This document shows positions 29,889 through 39,936 of a DNA stretch of 64,000 bases, one piece after another. The position numbers and the translations under genes are program-made. The notes below the pieces were generated by a model that was given only the letters and a program-made list of their open reading frames with translations, did no database searches and was not told where the DNA came from. The stretch comes from Candidatus Marinacidobacterales bacterium (GTDB lineage: Bacteria > Acidobacteriota > Vicinamibacteria > Marinacidobacterales > SMYC01). The stretch is from NCBI GenBank assembly GCA_965237955.1, contig OZ250169.1, positions 4,512,001-4,576,000 on the forward strand, written 5' to 3'. How positions within the stretch are numbered: the first letter of the stretch is position 1; every line of letters starts with the position of its first letter.

Positions 29889-31208
29889 TTGACGCTGAAG
29901 CCCGCCGACGTCCATAGCGCGCTCGAGAAACACATGCTGGTCGATGGACTCGACCTGGTGTTCGATCTCGAGCGTTCTCAGGGCTCTCATATCTACGATA
30001 GCCGCAAGGGGCGGCGATTTGTCGATTTCTTTTCATTCTTTGCCACCAACCCCGTCGGTATCAACCATCCCAAGATGCGGGATCCCGACTTCATGAAACG
30101 CATGGCGGAGATCGCGATCCACAATCCGAGCAACTCGGATATTTACACGGTGCCGATGGCGCAGTTCGTCGAGACGTTCGCGCGTGTCGGCATCCCCGAA
30201 AGCCTGCCCCATCTGTTCATGGTCGGGGGTGGCTCCGTTGCCGTCGAGAACGCGCTCAAGACGGCTTTCGACTGGAAAGTGCGCAGAAATCGCGAGCGCG
30301 GTATTCCCGGCGACAAAGGTCAGCAAATCTTTCACTTCCAAGAAGCGTTCCATGGTCGAACGGGCTACTCGTTGTCGATGACCAACACCGCCGATCCGCG
30401 AAAGACGATGTACTTTCCCAAATTCGATTGGCCGCGGATCGTGAACCCGAAGATCACGTTTCCACTCGAAGAGGATCTCGACGCTGTCATCGCGCTCGAA
30501 AAACAAGCAGTCGAGCAAATACAACGAGCGATCGCCGACAACCCGAACGATATCGCCGGCCTTATCATCGAGCCGATTCAGGGCGAAGGCGGCGACAATC
30601 ATTTTCGTCCTGAGTTTTTCCAGAAGCTGCGCGAGCTCGCCGACGAGCACGAGTTCTTGTTGATAATAGACGAAGTTCAGACGGGCGTCGGGCTCACGGG
30701 AAAAATGTGGGCGTATGCGCACTACGGGATCGAGCCCGACATCCTCAGCTTCGGCAAGAAGGCGCAAGTGTGCGGCATTCTCGCGGGCCGACGTGTGGAC
30801 GAGGTGGAGCACAACGTCTTCTCCGAATCCATGCGCATCGGCTCCACGTGGGGCGGCAACCTCGTCGATATGGTGCGCTTCGGCCGCTATTTGGAGATTA
30901 TCGATGAGGAACGCCTCATCGACAACGCACGCGACGTGGGTGCTTACTTGCTCGAAAAGCTGTACGGGTTTCAGGCGGAGAGGCCCGAGCAGGTATCGAA
31001 CGCGCGCGGTCGGGGTCTCATGTGTGCCTTCGACTTGCCCGATGCCGACAAGCGCAATGAGTTCCTGAAGCTCGCGTTCGACAACGGGCTTTTGGTTCTC
31101 GGGTGCGGGGTACGCTCGATCCGGTTTCGCCCAGTGTTGAGTGTATCGAAAGAAGACATCGACCAGGGGTTTGCGATCGTCGGGCGCGTGCTTTCCAAGC
31201 TTGTTTGA
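29889..31208 (+). CDS. lat: L-lysine 6-aminotransferase (class III PLP enzyme)
   Basis: HMLVDGLDLV.DL, PSNSDIYT, AVENALKTAFDWK, AFHGRTGY.LS.TNT, EPIQGEGGDNHF, DEVQTG, FGKKAQVCG, STWGGNLVDM. Confidence 0.92.
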   Translation: MTLKPADVHSALEKHMLVDGLDLVFDLERSQGSHIYDSRKGRRFVDFFSFFATNPVGINHPKMRDPDFMKRMAEIAIHNPSNSDIYTVPMAQFVETFARVGIPESLPHLFMVGGGSVAVENALKTAFDWKVRRNRERGIPGDKGQQIFHFQEAFHGRTGYSLSMTNTADPRKTMYFPKFDWPRIVNPKITFPLEEDLDAVIALEKQAVEQIQRAIADNPNDIAGLIIEPIQGEGGDNHFRPEFFQKLRELADEHEFLLIIDEVQTGVGLTGKMWAYAHYGIEPDILSFGKKAQVCGILAGRRVDEVEHNVFSESMRIGSTWGGNLVDMVRFGRYLEIIDEERLIDNARDVGAYLLEKLYGFQAERPEQVSNARGRGLMCAFDLPDADKRNEFLKLAFDNGLLVLGCGVRSIRFRPVLSVSKEDIDQGFAIVGRVLSKLV

Positions 31209-31222
31209 CCAAGCCCTCCAAG

Positions 31223-31251
31223 TTGACGGGTCGTCGGACGTTGCCTACAAT
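31223..31251 (+). promoter_or_regulatory. Sigma70-type promoter for the 31305 gene
   Basis: TTGACG-N17-TACAAT. Confidence 0.65.
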
Positions 31252-31304
31252 GACGTATAAAGCCTGCTAGCGATTCAATTTAGGCGAAAGGGACGGCACA
31301 CAGC

Positions 31305-31520
31305 ATGGACGAGCAGAATCATGTACGGGTCTACAACGAGGCCCTCGGGGTCAAAGGAGCCAAAGGCAAGCTCCTTCAAATCCACAGCGACGGCTATTAC
31401 GAGATCGCGCTCGAGGTCAAAGAACGCTTCTATCAGGCTTTGGTGCCCATCAACAGCACCGTGCTGCTTTCCGCCGAGCCCATCGTCGCGACCGAGAGCA
31501 TCACCGTCGATCGTTACTGA
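31305..31520 (+). CDS. Small hypothetical protein (71 aa)
   Basis: Upstream promoter; codon usage like neighbours. Confidence 0.65.
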   Translation: MDEQNHVRVYNEALGVKGAKGKLLQIHSDGYYEIALEVKERFYQALVPINSTVLLSAEPIVATESITVDRY

Positions 31521-32191
31521 CTGAAGCGGACCAGCGTCTCTAGGGTCGCCGCCGCCGCGACCGGTACCGTCAGGTTATCCGTCCCGTACACCGAGACGGT
31601 CTCGACCGACGCCGCCACGGTTGCACCGATCAGCGCAAAGGCGACCGCCTGGTGCGAGTCGAGTCCACCGAGGATGGCGAGCACCGGCGCCATCGTGAGC
31701 CCCGAAGCCAGGAACAGGCTCAGCGTGCCCTCCATGGAGCGTGGATGGCCGAGGGTGCGGTACTTACGCGTCCCCAGCCGACGCCCTACTAGCGCCGCGG
31801 TCGTGTCCCCGAAACTCGCCGCGAAAATGCCAGCTACGGCCAGGTAGACGCGGTCGCCCCAAAACCACAGCAGCAACATCGCGCACGATAGCGGTAGCAG
31901 CACCGAGCCGAGGCTCGCACCATCGTCTTCGAGAGCCTCGAAAATCTCGAATCGAAACGACAGGTACATGACCGCGGCCAGGACCAGAAACGGAATCGCG
32001 GCGTGAACGCCATCGTCGAACAACGACACCGCGACAAGCGCCCCGAGCCCAACGCTCATATGGAAGAGCTTCCGGGTGACGTCGGCGGCGACACCGAGAC
32101 CTCGCCGAAACCATTCGAGCACAAGCAGTAAGACGGCGAAGGCCGCTAGCGATGCGACCGCGTTCGAGCTCATGTGCGTGAAGGCTACCAC
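31514..32191 (-). CDS. Diacylglycerol/polyprenol (phytol/dolichol) kinase family membrane protein
   Basis: RKLFHM, GDTTAALVG..LG, RSMEG, DNLTVP. Confidence 0.85.
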   Translation of the reverse strand: MVAFTHMSSNAVASLAAFAVLLLVLEWFRRGLGVAADVTRKLFHMSVGLGALVAVSLFDDGVHAAIPFLVLAAVMYLSFRFEIFEALEDDGASLGSVLLPLSCAMLLLWFWGDRVYLAVAGIFAASFGDTTAALVGRRLGTRKYRTLGHPRSMEGTLSLFLASGLTMAPVLAILGGLDSHQAVAFALIGATVAASVETVSVYGTDNLTVPVAAAATLETLVRFSQ

Positions 32192-32245
32192 GGGCTATAA
32201 TGTGGCCACGGGAAAAGAGTTCTAGGAAAAGAGGCGCACGGCAAG

Positions 32246-33058
32246 ATGAAACAAGCACGGGACGTGTTTTTGATCGTTTCTGCCCTGAGTTTACTCACGG
32301 GCCTCGCGCTTGCGGAAGTGGTCTACCTCAATAACGGCGACATCATCCACGGCGAGCTCGTCGCCGCCAACAACACCGAGCTCACGCTGAAGACCGCCTA
32401 CGGCAAGCTCGAAATTCCCAAGAAAGACATCCAACGGATCGACTACCAAGGGGGGGAAGCTCCCGCTCCGCCGGCAGCACCTAAAGAGGATACTCGGCCC
32501 GCGCGTGCCAAAGTCCCCGGGGATCGCGCGCAGATCACGCTCAACATTATCGGGCGTTCGTTCTGGTACGCGTTCGAATCACCAGAAGACAACCCCGCCG
32601 ACACCAGGATTCGACTGCGGTTGTACATCGGCAGCGCGCGAGCATGCACCTTCATCGATGAAAAGCCCGACACCGTGGACGGGGCCTCACTCTACAACTC
32701 GTTCACATTCTCCCCGACGGACTCTCGTCTCGTCGAGACGCTGGAGGGCTTCCAGTGCTCGTGGAAAAAAGCCGAGGATGGCGAAGTTGGTCTCGTCGTC
32801 CAGCTCCCGGCCGAAGTGAGCTCAGGTCGCCAGCTCGTCCGCATGCTCTACGAGGTCAACCAAGGAGACCGGTCGTTCCCGTGGTGGATGGACATCATCT
32901 CGCGGTCGTTCTCAGTCGAAGTCGAAGCAGGTAGGGAGACGGCCGTGATCATCGAGCAGAACTCGACCGCGCTCGAATACTCCGTCTTTTTCAAGAAGAG
33001 CATGAAAAACCTCGAGCAGTTTCATCTCAACGTGCTCTCGTCGGAGCTCAGAGACTGA
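32246..33058 (+). CDS. Exported hypothetical protein
   Basis: Signal peptide; VYLNNGD.I.G...LKT.YG.L.IP...I..I N-terminal module. Confidence 0.7.
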   Translation: MKQARDVFLIVSALSLLTGLALAEVVYLNNGDIIHGELVAANNTELTLKTAYGKLEIPKKDIQRIDYQGGEAPAPPAAPKEDTRPARAKVPGDRAQITLNIIGRSFWYAFESPEDNPADTRIRLRLYIGSARACTFIDEKPDTVDGASLYNSFTFSPTDSRLVETLEGFQCSWKKAEDGEVGLVVQLPAEVSSGRQLVRMLYEVNQGDRSFPWWMDIISRSFSVEVEAGRETAVIIEQNSTALEYSVFFKKSMKNLEQFHLNVLSSELRD

Positions 33059-33072
33059 TCCGGTTCGTCGGG

Positions 33073-33972
33073 TTGCTGGCCGTCACCGCCACGTGCTGCG
33101 GCGCGCCCGATGGTTCGCAGCCGGTCGAAGAAGAAGCTACGGAGACTCGTACTTACACCGGTACGCTCGTGTTCCAGTCCGATCGCAACGGCACGTGGGA
33201 TATCTACCGCGTCGAGGCCGACGGCACCGAGCTCGTCCGTCTCACGGACGAGCTCGCGGCGGACCAGAACCCAGCGTGGTCGCCCGACGGGCGGACCATT
33301 GCCTTTTCCTCGGAGCGCACTGGCCGAGGCGATATCTACGTGATGGATGCGGATGGAGATAACGTTCGTCGGATGACCGATCATCCGGCTTACGAGGGCG
33401 CACCGCGGTTCACTCCGGACGGCAAAGCGATCGTGTTCGAAGGCGAGCGAGACGGCCGCGCGGAGGTCTATTGTGTCGATCTCGAAACCGGTACGGTGAA
33501 GCGGGTGACTGCATCGGTGCAACGAAAGCTCGGCCCGGCGTACTCGCCGGACGGGCGAACGCTCGCATTCATGGAAAAGAGCCTGATTCGGTGGCACATC
33601 TCGGTTCGCGATGAGGGCAGCGGCAAAAAGCGAGCGGTCACGAGAGGTGGCGGGGCTTGCCGTCCCGCGTGGTCGCCCGATGGCCGGCTGCTCGCGTTCG
33701 TGAGCACGCGTGAAACCGACAAAGCCGACTTGTGGTTTCGCGAGATGAAAGGCGAGCGCGAAGGCAGCGCCTGGCGAGTGCCGACGCGCGCGAACGCACA
33801 CAACTACGATCCCGCGTTTTCTCCGGACGGGACGGCTTTGGCCATGGCGTCGACGATCGTTCGCGGCGACAACGAGCAGTGGGACATCTTCGTCATGGAT
33901 ATGAACGGGCGTGGGCTCGTCCGGTTAACGGATGACGGAGGCAACGAGCGGTTTCCCGATTGGAGACCGTGA
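33073..33972 (+). CDS. TolB-like PD40 beta-propeller protein (start uncertain)
   Basis: Repeated P.WSPDG / FTPDG / YSPDG motifs. Confidence 0.85.
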   Translation: MLAVTATCCGAPDGSQPVEEEATETRTYTGTLVFQSDRNGTWDIYRVEADGTELVRLTDELAADQNPAWSPDGRTIAFSSERTGRGDIYVMDADGDNVRRMTDHPAYEGAPRFTPDGKAIVFEGERDGRAEVYCVDLETGTVKRVTASVQRKLGPAYSPDGRTLAFMEKSLIRWHISVRDEGSGKKRAVTRGGGACRPAWSPDGRLLAFVSTRETDKADLWFREMKGEREGSAWRVPTRANAHNYDPAFSPDGTALAMASTIVRGDNEQWDIFVMDMNGRGLVRLTDDGGNERFPDWRP

Positions 33973-34586
33973 AAAAACTCATCCTCGTCCGCCACGGGCT
34001 CACCGATTGGAACGAGAACGGCCGCCTCATGGGCCGCTCCGACGTGGAGCTCAACGCCCGGGGGCAAACCCAAGCCGAGCGCGTCGCCGAAGCGCTCGCC
34101 CCTCGCGCGCCCCGCACGATCGATGCCATTTACTCGAGCCCACAGGTGCGAGCGCGACAGACGGCGGCACCGCTTGCGGCGGCCACTAACATTGACATTG
34201 AGATTGCCGGGGACATCGTGGTCGAGCCTGATTTCGACGAGGTATGGCTTTCAGACACGTGGAAAGGCAAGACGGTCTCCGAGCTCCGCGGTGACGAAGA
34301 CCTCGAACGCATCATCGAGGACCCGACGCACCGTTGCGATGCGATCGAGCCCATTGCCGAAGTGCAAGCGCGCACCGTTCGAGGTTGCGAGCGGCTGCGC
34401 GAGCGGCATGCCGAGGGCACTGTCGTCGTCGTCTCTCACGGCGACCCGCTCCGCGTGATCGTCGCGCACTATCTCGGTCTGGACCTCGCGGTGTTTCGCG
34501 GCCTTGCGTGCAACAACGGCTCGGTGAGCGAGATCGTCTTCAATCGCCGAGGCCCACGGCTCGAGATCTTGAACTGGGTCCCTTAG
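33969..34586 (+). CDS. Histidine phosphatase (phosphoglycerate mutase-like)
   Basis: LVRHGLTDWN, YSSPQ.RA.QTA, VSHGD. Confidence 0.9.
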   Translation: MKKLILVRHGLTDWNENGRLMGRSDVELNARGQTQAERVAEALAPRAPRTIDAIYSSPQVRARQTAAPLAAATNIDIEIAGDIVVEPDFDEVWLSDTWKGKTVSELRGDEDLERIIEDPTHRCDAIEPIAEVQARTVRGCERLRERHAEGTVVVVSHGDPLRVIVAHYLGLDLAVFRGLACNNGSVSEIVFNRRGPRLEILNWVP

Positions 34587-35173
34587 GGTCCGGGCCCTTG
34601 GCCGGGTAATCGAAGCCCGCACGCTTTCACGAGCTCGTAGAACTTCTCCAGGGGAAAGCCGACGACGTTCGAAAACGATCCCTCGACGCGCGCCACCAGG
34701 AGCCCCCCTTTGCCCTGAGCGCCGTAAGCCCCGGCTTTGTCGAGAGGCTCTCCGGTTCCGACGTACCAGCGGATCTCGTCATCGTTCAGCCGGCGGATGA
34801 AGACACGCGTCGACGACACGGCGCTACGAGCGACGGCCTCGGCACGGTGCACGAGAGCAATCCCGCTCAAGACACGATGGCTGCGACCCGACAACGTGCG
34901 CAGCATCTTCCGCGCCTCGGCCGCGTCGTGCGGTTTTCCCAGCACCGTCTTGTCCACGACGACGGTCGTGTCCGCGCTGACCACCCATGACCTCGGGTAG
35001 CGTTCGGAAACGGCCGAGGCTTTCTCGACGGCGAGGCGGCGCACGTAGGCGCGTGGCGATTCGGCGCGACGCCGCGTTTCGTCGACGTCCGGCGAAACGC
35101 GGCGGAACGGGATGCCGAGGTCCTTCAAATAGGCTTCGCGTCGCGGTGAGGACGAAGCAAGGATCAGCTTCAC
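34583..35173 (-). CDS. maf: Maf nucleoside-triphosphate pyrophosphatase
   Basis: LILASSSPRR, ADT.VV..LGKP, LSGRSH, EPLDKAGAYGAQG, NVVGFP. Confidence 0.93.
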   Translation of the reverse strand: MKLILASSSPRREAYLKDLGIPFRRVSPDVDETRRRAESPRAYVRRLAVEKASAVSERYPRSWVVSADTTVVVDKTVLGKPHDAAEARKMLRTLSGRSHRVLSGIALVHRAEAVARSAVSSTRVFIRRLNDDEIRWYVGTGEPLDKAGAYGAQGKGGLLVARVEGSFSNVVGFPLEKFYELVKACGLRLPGQGPGP

Positions 35174-35955
35174 TTTTTCGTACGCCGGCGCTTGGAAAGC
35201 TTACGGCGTTCTCGGGTGAACTTGCGGAACACCGCTTCTTTGTCGCGCTCGCACGCTTGTCGGATCTGGGAGATCTTGCGGTCGTGAGCTTGCTGGGCGA
35301 GGTGTGCTTCGGGGTGGCCTTGAAGCTCGCGGCGCATGGTCGTTTCAGCGTGCGCGACCGCCCGCTCGTAGGCGATCGCGGCCCCGGTCATCGAGCGTTC
35401 GGCTTTCCGATGAGCTTTCTCGATCGCGAGCCGCTCGTCGACGAGATCATCCTGAATGGCAGCGCGGTAGGCGAGTCGCCCGTCTTCGATCGCGAAGTTA
35501 AACGTTTCGCGCGCGTCTTCGAGGGCACGCTCGAGCGCTTCGTCCGCGACTTTCCGGAGCGCGCGCTGGCCGGTGAGAGGAGTCCTCCGCGCCTTCGACA
35601 CCGCGTCGCGCCATTTCTTTTCGGCTTTGCGCGTCTGGTCACGCTTCTTGTCCGAAGCCTTCTTGCGGGTCGCGCGGAACTTGCGCTCCTCTTTCAGAAG
35701 TTCGCCCCGTCTTTTGTCCTCCGCTCTCAGAACCTCACGACCCCGAACCTCGTCGGCCGTTTCGACGGACCCAAGCTGCGATTGCTTGGCGTCGTCGAGG
35801 TCCTTGTGGTAGCGCGAGAGGATGCTCTTGGCACCGCCGGTCACGAGCGCGCGATCGCGATCGCGATCGGCAGAGGCGAGCTCACGACCGCAGCGCTTCT
35901 CGAGACGGGAGAGATCGTTAGAAAGTTTTAGCGTCAAATCGGCTAGATTCTTCAT
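35170..35955 (-). CDS. Highly charged coiled-coil hypothetical protein
   Basis: R/K/E-rich helical ORF translationally coupled to maf. Confidence 0.65.
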   Translation of the reverse strand: MKNLADLTLKLSNDLSRLEKRCGRELASADRDRDRALVTGGAKSILSRYHKDLDDAKQSQLGSVETADEVRGREVLRAEDKRRGELLKEERKFRATRKKASDKKRDQTRKAEKKWRDAVSKARRTPLTGQRALRKVADEALERALEDARETFNFAIEDGRLAYRAAIQDDLVDERLAIEKAHRKAERSMTGAAIAYERAVAHAETTMRRELQGHPEAHLAQQAHDRKISQIRQACERDKEAVFRKFTRERRKLSKRRRTKK

Positions 35956-35969
35956 TGGGCTACCAGTAC

Positions 35970-36581
35970 CTACTCAGCATCGTCTCGAAACGCACGGTAG
36001 TCCGAGGGCGTGTCGATATCGACCGTCACGCCAGCGTCTGAGACTTCGACTTCTAAAAGATCCTTTTGATGATCCCACACGACCTGGCGCGCGCCAACCG
36101 TCTTCGGGGCATCCATCAGCGCGGAGAACACATCGCTCGAAAAGAGCACCGGATGTCCCCGGCGGCCGTTGTGCACCGGCACTACGATAGGGCTTCGGTG
36201 CTCCTCGAATCGATGGATGAGCGTATCGACCACCACAGGATCGACGTCAGGATGATCGACCGGGCACACCAAGGCCCCGTCGACGTCGTCGTTGTCGAGC
36301 GCACGGATGCCCGCATGGATGGAGGACAGCATGCCGTCGCGGTAGTCTCGGTTGGCGACCATACGGGCCGCGCCGAATCGAAAGCTGCTCGCGAGATTCT
36401 CGGCGTCGTGTCCGAGGACGACGACGACGGGCTTCGCCTGTGAGCTTCCGAAGACCTTAAGAAGATGATCGAGGAACGTGCTCTCCGTGCCGTCGTTCTC
36501 CGGATAGGGAAGTAATGCTTTCGGAGAGCCCATGCGGCGAGACTCGCCAGCAGCGAGGATAATCGCGGCGATGATGCTCGT
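35970..36581 (-). CDS. MocA/MobA-like nucleotidyltransferase (NTP_transf_3)
   Basis: IAAIILAAGESRRMGSPKALL, GMLSSI..G, GHPVLF, DIDTP.DY; no ATG/GTG/TTG upstream of LAAG, ACG at 36579-36581 is the likely start position. Confidence 0.85.
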   Translation of the reverse strand, partial: TSIIAAIILAAGESRRMGSPKALLPYPENDGTESTFLDHLLKVFGSSQAKPVVVVLGHDAENLASSFRFGAARMVANRDYRDGMLSSIHAGIRALDNDDVDGALVCPVDHPDVDPVVVDTLIHRFEEHRSPIVVPVHNGRRGHPVLFSSDVFSALMDAPKTVGARQVVWDHQKDLLEVEVSDAGVTVDIDTPSDYRAFRDDAE

Positions 36582-36668
36582 GAGCTATTGCCTCCGGGAA
36601 AGAAAAAATTCTTAGTCGCGGCTTTGCTGCGCTGTGCCTCTGTGGCTAACTAATCCTATAATAGCAGC

Positions 36669-37154
36669 GTGCGGCGACAACATACGTCCTTGAAGGAACT
36701 TCTGAAACAAGTTCTTCCCGCTCCCGCGCGGGAGCGCATCTATTCGGTCGAGCTCGTTCACAAACGCTGGGCGGAAGTCGTCGGAGACGAGCTCGCGCGG
36801 CGATCCGAGCCGGAAGCGCTGAGCCAGGGTGTGCTCACCGTGCGGGTGACCGATCCCGTCTGGGGAAAGATGATTTACAAGCTCCAGGGCCGGATTATCC
36901 CGGCGCTGAACCGCGCGCTCGGCTCGAGTTTGGTGAGGAGGATCAATTTCACCAAACGCAGCCGTTTCGAGCGCCCGCCCCCAGAAGTTGAGCGGCAGGA
37001 GCGCGAGCCCGAGGCCGTCGAGCCGCCGCCGCTCGTCGTCGACGCCGCCGCGGCGATCGAAGAGCCCGAGCTGCGAGAGCTCGTCCTTCGTAGTGCAGCC
37101 CACTATTTGAACGCGCAGCAACGCGAAAAGATCAAGAGGCGCAGGAGGAAGTAA
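36669..37154 (+). CDS. DUF721 / DciA-family protein
   Basis: W.EVVG.ELARRS.P..L..GVLTVRV.DPVW...L pattern. Confidence 0.75.
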   Translation: MRRQHTSLKELLKQVLPAPARERIYSVELVHKRWAEVVGDELARRSEPEALSQGVLTVRVTDPVWGKMIYKLQGRIIPALNRALGSSLVRRINFTKRSRFERPPPEVERQEREPEAVEPPPLVVDAAAAIEEPELRELVLRSAAHYLNAQQREKIKRRRRK

Positions 37155-37158
37155 ATCG

Positions 37159-38333
37159 ATGGAAGATGTGTTCATTGTCAGCGCCGTCCGCACGCCGACG
37201 GGGAAGTTTTTGGGCGCGTTGAAAGGCTTCAAGGCGACCGAGCTCGGCGCGATGGTCGTCGGTGAGGCGGTCTCCCGGGCGGGATTGAGACCCGACCACG
37301 TCGACGAGATCATCATGGGCAACGTCGTCTCGGCGGGTCTGGGGCAAAACCCCGCCCGTCAGGCAGCGCTCGGTGCGGGGCTTCCACCTATTGTCGCAGC
37401 GTTGACGATCAACAAGGTATGCGGATCGGGTTTGAAAGCAGTGATGCTCGCTCGACAGGCAATCATCGCCGGCGACGCGGAGGTAGTCGTCGCCGGGGGG
37501 ATGGAATCGCGCCCTATCTCGTCCATCGTATGAGAGAAGGGCTCAGGCTCGGTCACGGCGAGCTCGTGGACGCGGTCGTGCACGATGGGCTGTGGGACAT
37601 CTACAACGACTTCCACATGGGCATGACTGGCGAGAAGGTCGCGGAAAAGTACGACGTCGCCCGCGAGGAGATGGATGGCTACGCCGCCGAAAGCCATCGG
37701 CGCGCGGCCGCCGCCACCGAAGCGGGCAAGTTCCGGGACGAGATGCTTCCGGTGGAAATCCCGCAGCGCGAAGGCGATCCGATCGTCTTGGATCGAGACG
37801 AGCCCATCCGCTCGGACACGAACGTCGAAGCGCTTTCGAAGCTGAAGCCCATCTTCAAGAAAGACGGCACCGTGACCGCGGGCAACGCCCCGGGGATGAA
37901 CGACGGCGCGGCGGCGCTCGTCGTGGCCTCGGCGAAGGCGGTCGAAGAGCATGGGGTGAAACCGATCGCCCGCGTCGTAGCGCAGGCGATCTCCGGGCTC
38001 GAGCCCGAGTGGGTGATGATGACTCCCGTTCCCGCGGTACAGAAGCTTCTCGACAAGACGGGTTGGACCAACGACGACGTGGACCTCGTCGAGCTCAACG
38101 AGGCATTCGCCGTTCAGGCATGCGCGGTCACCAAAGAGCTCAGTCTCGCCACGGAGAAAACCAACGTCAACGGGGGAGCGGTCGCGCTCGGGCATCCGAT
38201 CGGTGCGAGCGGTGCGCGCGTACTCACGACGCTCCTCTTTGCTTTGAAGGATCGAGACGGCCGGCGCGGCATCGCGACGCTTTGTCTCGGTGGCGGCAAC
38301 GGAGTCGCTCTCGCCGTGGAGCTCGTGTCATGA
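37159..38333 (+). pseudogene. Acetyl-CoA C-acetyltransferase (thiolase), frameshifted at ~37510
   Basis: Frame 1 gives [26 protein letters not shown]; frame 2 gives [33 protein letters not shown]. Confidence 0.85.
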
Positions 38334-39184
38334 CCATCGAAAAAGTGGCGGTCATGGGTGCCGGCACCATGGGTAACGGCATCGCGCAGGTGTTCGCCCA
38401 GTCGGGTTTCGACGTTTATGTCCGCGACGTCGAAGACGGGTTCATCGAACGTGGGCTTCGAGCGATCGACAAGAGCCTGGGCCGGTTGGTCAAAAAAGAA
38501 AAGCTGACCGACGACGAGGCCAAAGCCGTTCGAGAACGGATCTCGTTCGGCACCGAGCTCGAAGGCGCACGAGACGCGGGCTTGGTCGTCGAGGCGATCA
38601 TCGAGAACGCCGACGCGAAGCAGGCGATTTTCGAAGAGCTGGACCGAATCACGCCGCCCGAGACGATCCTCGCGACCAATACGTCTTCGATTTCGATCAC
38701 CAAGCTCGCGGTGACGACGTCGAGGCCCGAGCAGTTCATCGGCATGCACTTCATGAACCCGGTGCCGGTCATGCAGCTCGTCGAGATCATCCGCGGGCTG
38801 GGCACGTCGGACGAGACCTACGCGCTGACGGAAGAGCTCGTGAGAAAGCTCGGCAAAGTTCCGGTGGAAGTGCACGACGCGCCCGGCTTCATTTCGAATC
38901 GGGTGCTCATGCCGCTCATCAACGAAGCCATCTACGCGCATATGGAGGGGGTGGCGAGCAAAGAGGCCATCGACACTGTCATGAAGCTCGGCATGAACCA
39001 TCCCATGGGGCCGTTGACGCTCGCGGACTTCATTGGTCTCGACATCTGCCTCAGCATCATGCGCGTGCTGCACGACGGTTTTGGCGATCCTAAATACCGT
39101 CCGTGCCCGCTCCTCGTGAGGATGGTCGATGCGGGCTATCTTGGCAGAAAGAGCGGCAAGGGCTTCTACGACTATCCCGATTGA
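38330..39184 (+). CDS. hbd: 3-hydroxybutyryl-CoA dehydrogenase
   Basis: [54 protein letters not shown]. Confidence 0.93.
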   Translation: MTIEKVAVMGAGTMGNGIAQVFAQSGFDVYVRDVEDGFIERGLRAIDKSLGRLVKKEKLTDDEAKAVRERISFGTELEGARDAGLVVEAIIENADAKQAIFEELDRITPPETILATNTSSISITKLAVTTSRPEQFIGMHFMNPVPVMQLVEIIRGLGTSDETYALTEELVRKLGKVPVEVHDAPGFISNRVLMPLINEAIYAHMEGVASKEAIDTVMKLGMNHPMGPLTLADFIGLDICLSIMRVLHDGFGDPKYRPCPLLVRMVDAGYLGRKSGKGFYDYPD

Positions 39185-39699
39185 CGGCGTCGCCACCAAA
39201 AGAAGAGCACGACAGGCCCGACGATCAGAACCTCCCGCGCGACCGCCAGCCAATTGTGAAGCGACAGTAGCTTCGGCAGGGTTCCCCTCCAGATATCGTC
39301 GAAGACCGTGAACGACGCAATGGTGAACGCGTCCGAGAACGGCCACCACAGCTCCAGCCCATATGGCGCCGAAATGTCCTTGGAGAACAGGTCGAGAAGG
39401 ATGTGGGTCAGATACGCCAGCGCCAAGATCCAGGCATCCCGGCCAGGTGCCACCCGCGTGGAGAGCCTCGAAAAAAAATAGGCCCCGATCGTAAAAAGAC
39501 TGGCAAAAGCGACGCTATGGGTGAAATGATGGTGATAGTTTTCGCCGGTCAGAAAGTTGAGGCCGAAGTCGAGATCGGCGAAACAGGCAGCCACGACGGC
39601 CGCCGCGAAGAGCACGAGGTCCTTGCGGCGTCGGCCACCACGGAATGTCGACAGGTAGACGGCGGTGCCGGCGAGCGCGTGGGCGAGAGGCGTAGGCAT
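39172..39699 (-). CDS. Metal-dependent hydrolase (YdjM-like membrane protein)
   Basis: [24 protein letters not shown] motifs. Confidence 0.8.
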   Translation of the reverse strand: MPTPLAHALAGTAVYLSTFRGGRRRKDLVLFAAAVVAACFADLDFGLNFLTGENYHHHFTHSVAFASLFTIGAYFFSRLSTRVAPGRDAWILALAYLTHILLDLFSKDISAPYGLELWWPFSDAFTIASFTVFDDIWRGTLPKLLSLHNWLAVAREVLIVGPVVLFFWWRRRQSG

Positions 39700-39936
39700 T
39701 GAGCTTGCGGAGAGAGAGTAGCATAGACAACAACATCATCCATTAGCCTGGCTTGGAGGCTCTATATATGGTAGTGTCCAGCCGACCGGGGAGGTTCGAG
39801 CCCCTCAATCTCGTCTAGATCGACTGAGGGTGCGGCCTGAAGGCCGTTCACCGGTGGCGGGAGCCGTTTTCGGCCCCAAAGTCGAATCTAAAACGAAACG
39901 AGGCCTACGCGGGTAGGCTTCCCGGAAAGGAAAACC

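Noticed and set aside
37592-38329. 530-aa ORF suggesting an N-terminally extended or fused Hbd
   Set aside because: The extension is an alternate frame over the thiolase; the real start is the ATG at 38330 overlapping the thiolase stop.
39785-39806. GGGGAGGTTCGAGCCCCTC resembling a tRNA T-arm
   Set aside because: No surrounding cloverleaf or CCA end.
39884-39898. GAAT-N7-GAAA upstream of recA as a possible LexA box
   Set aside because: Both half-sites deviate from GAAC-N7-GAAC; too weak from a single instance.
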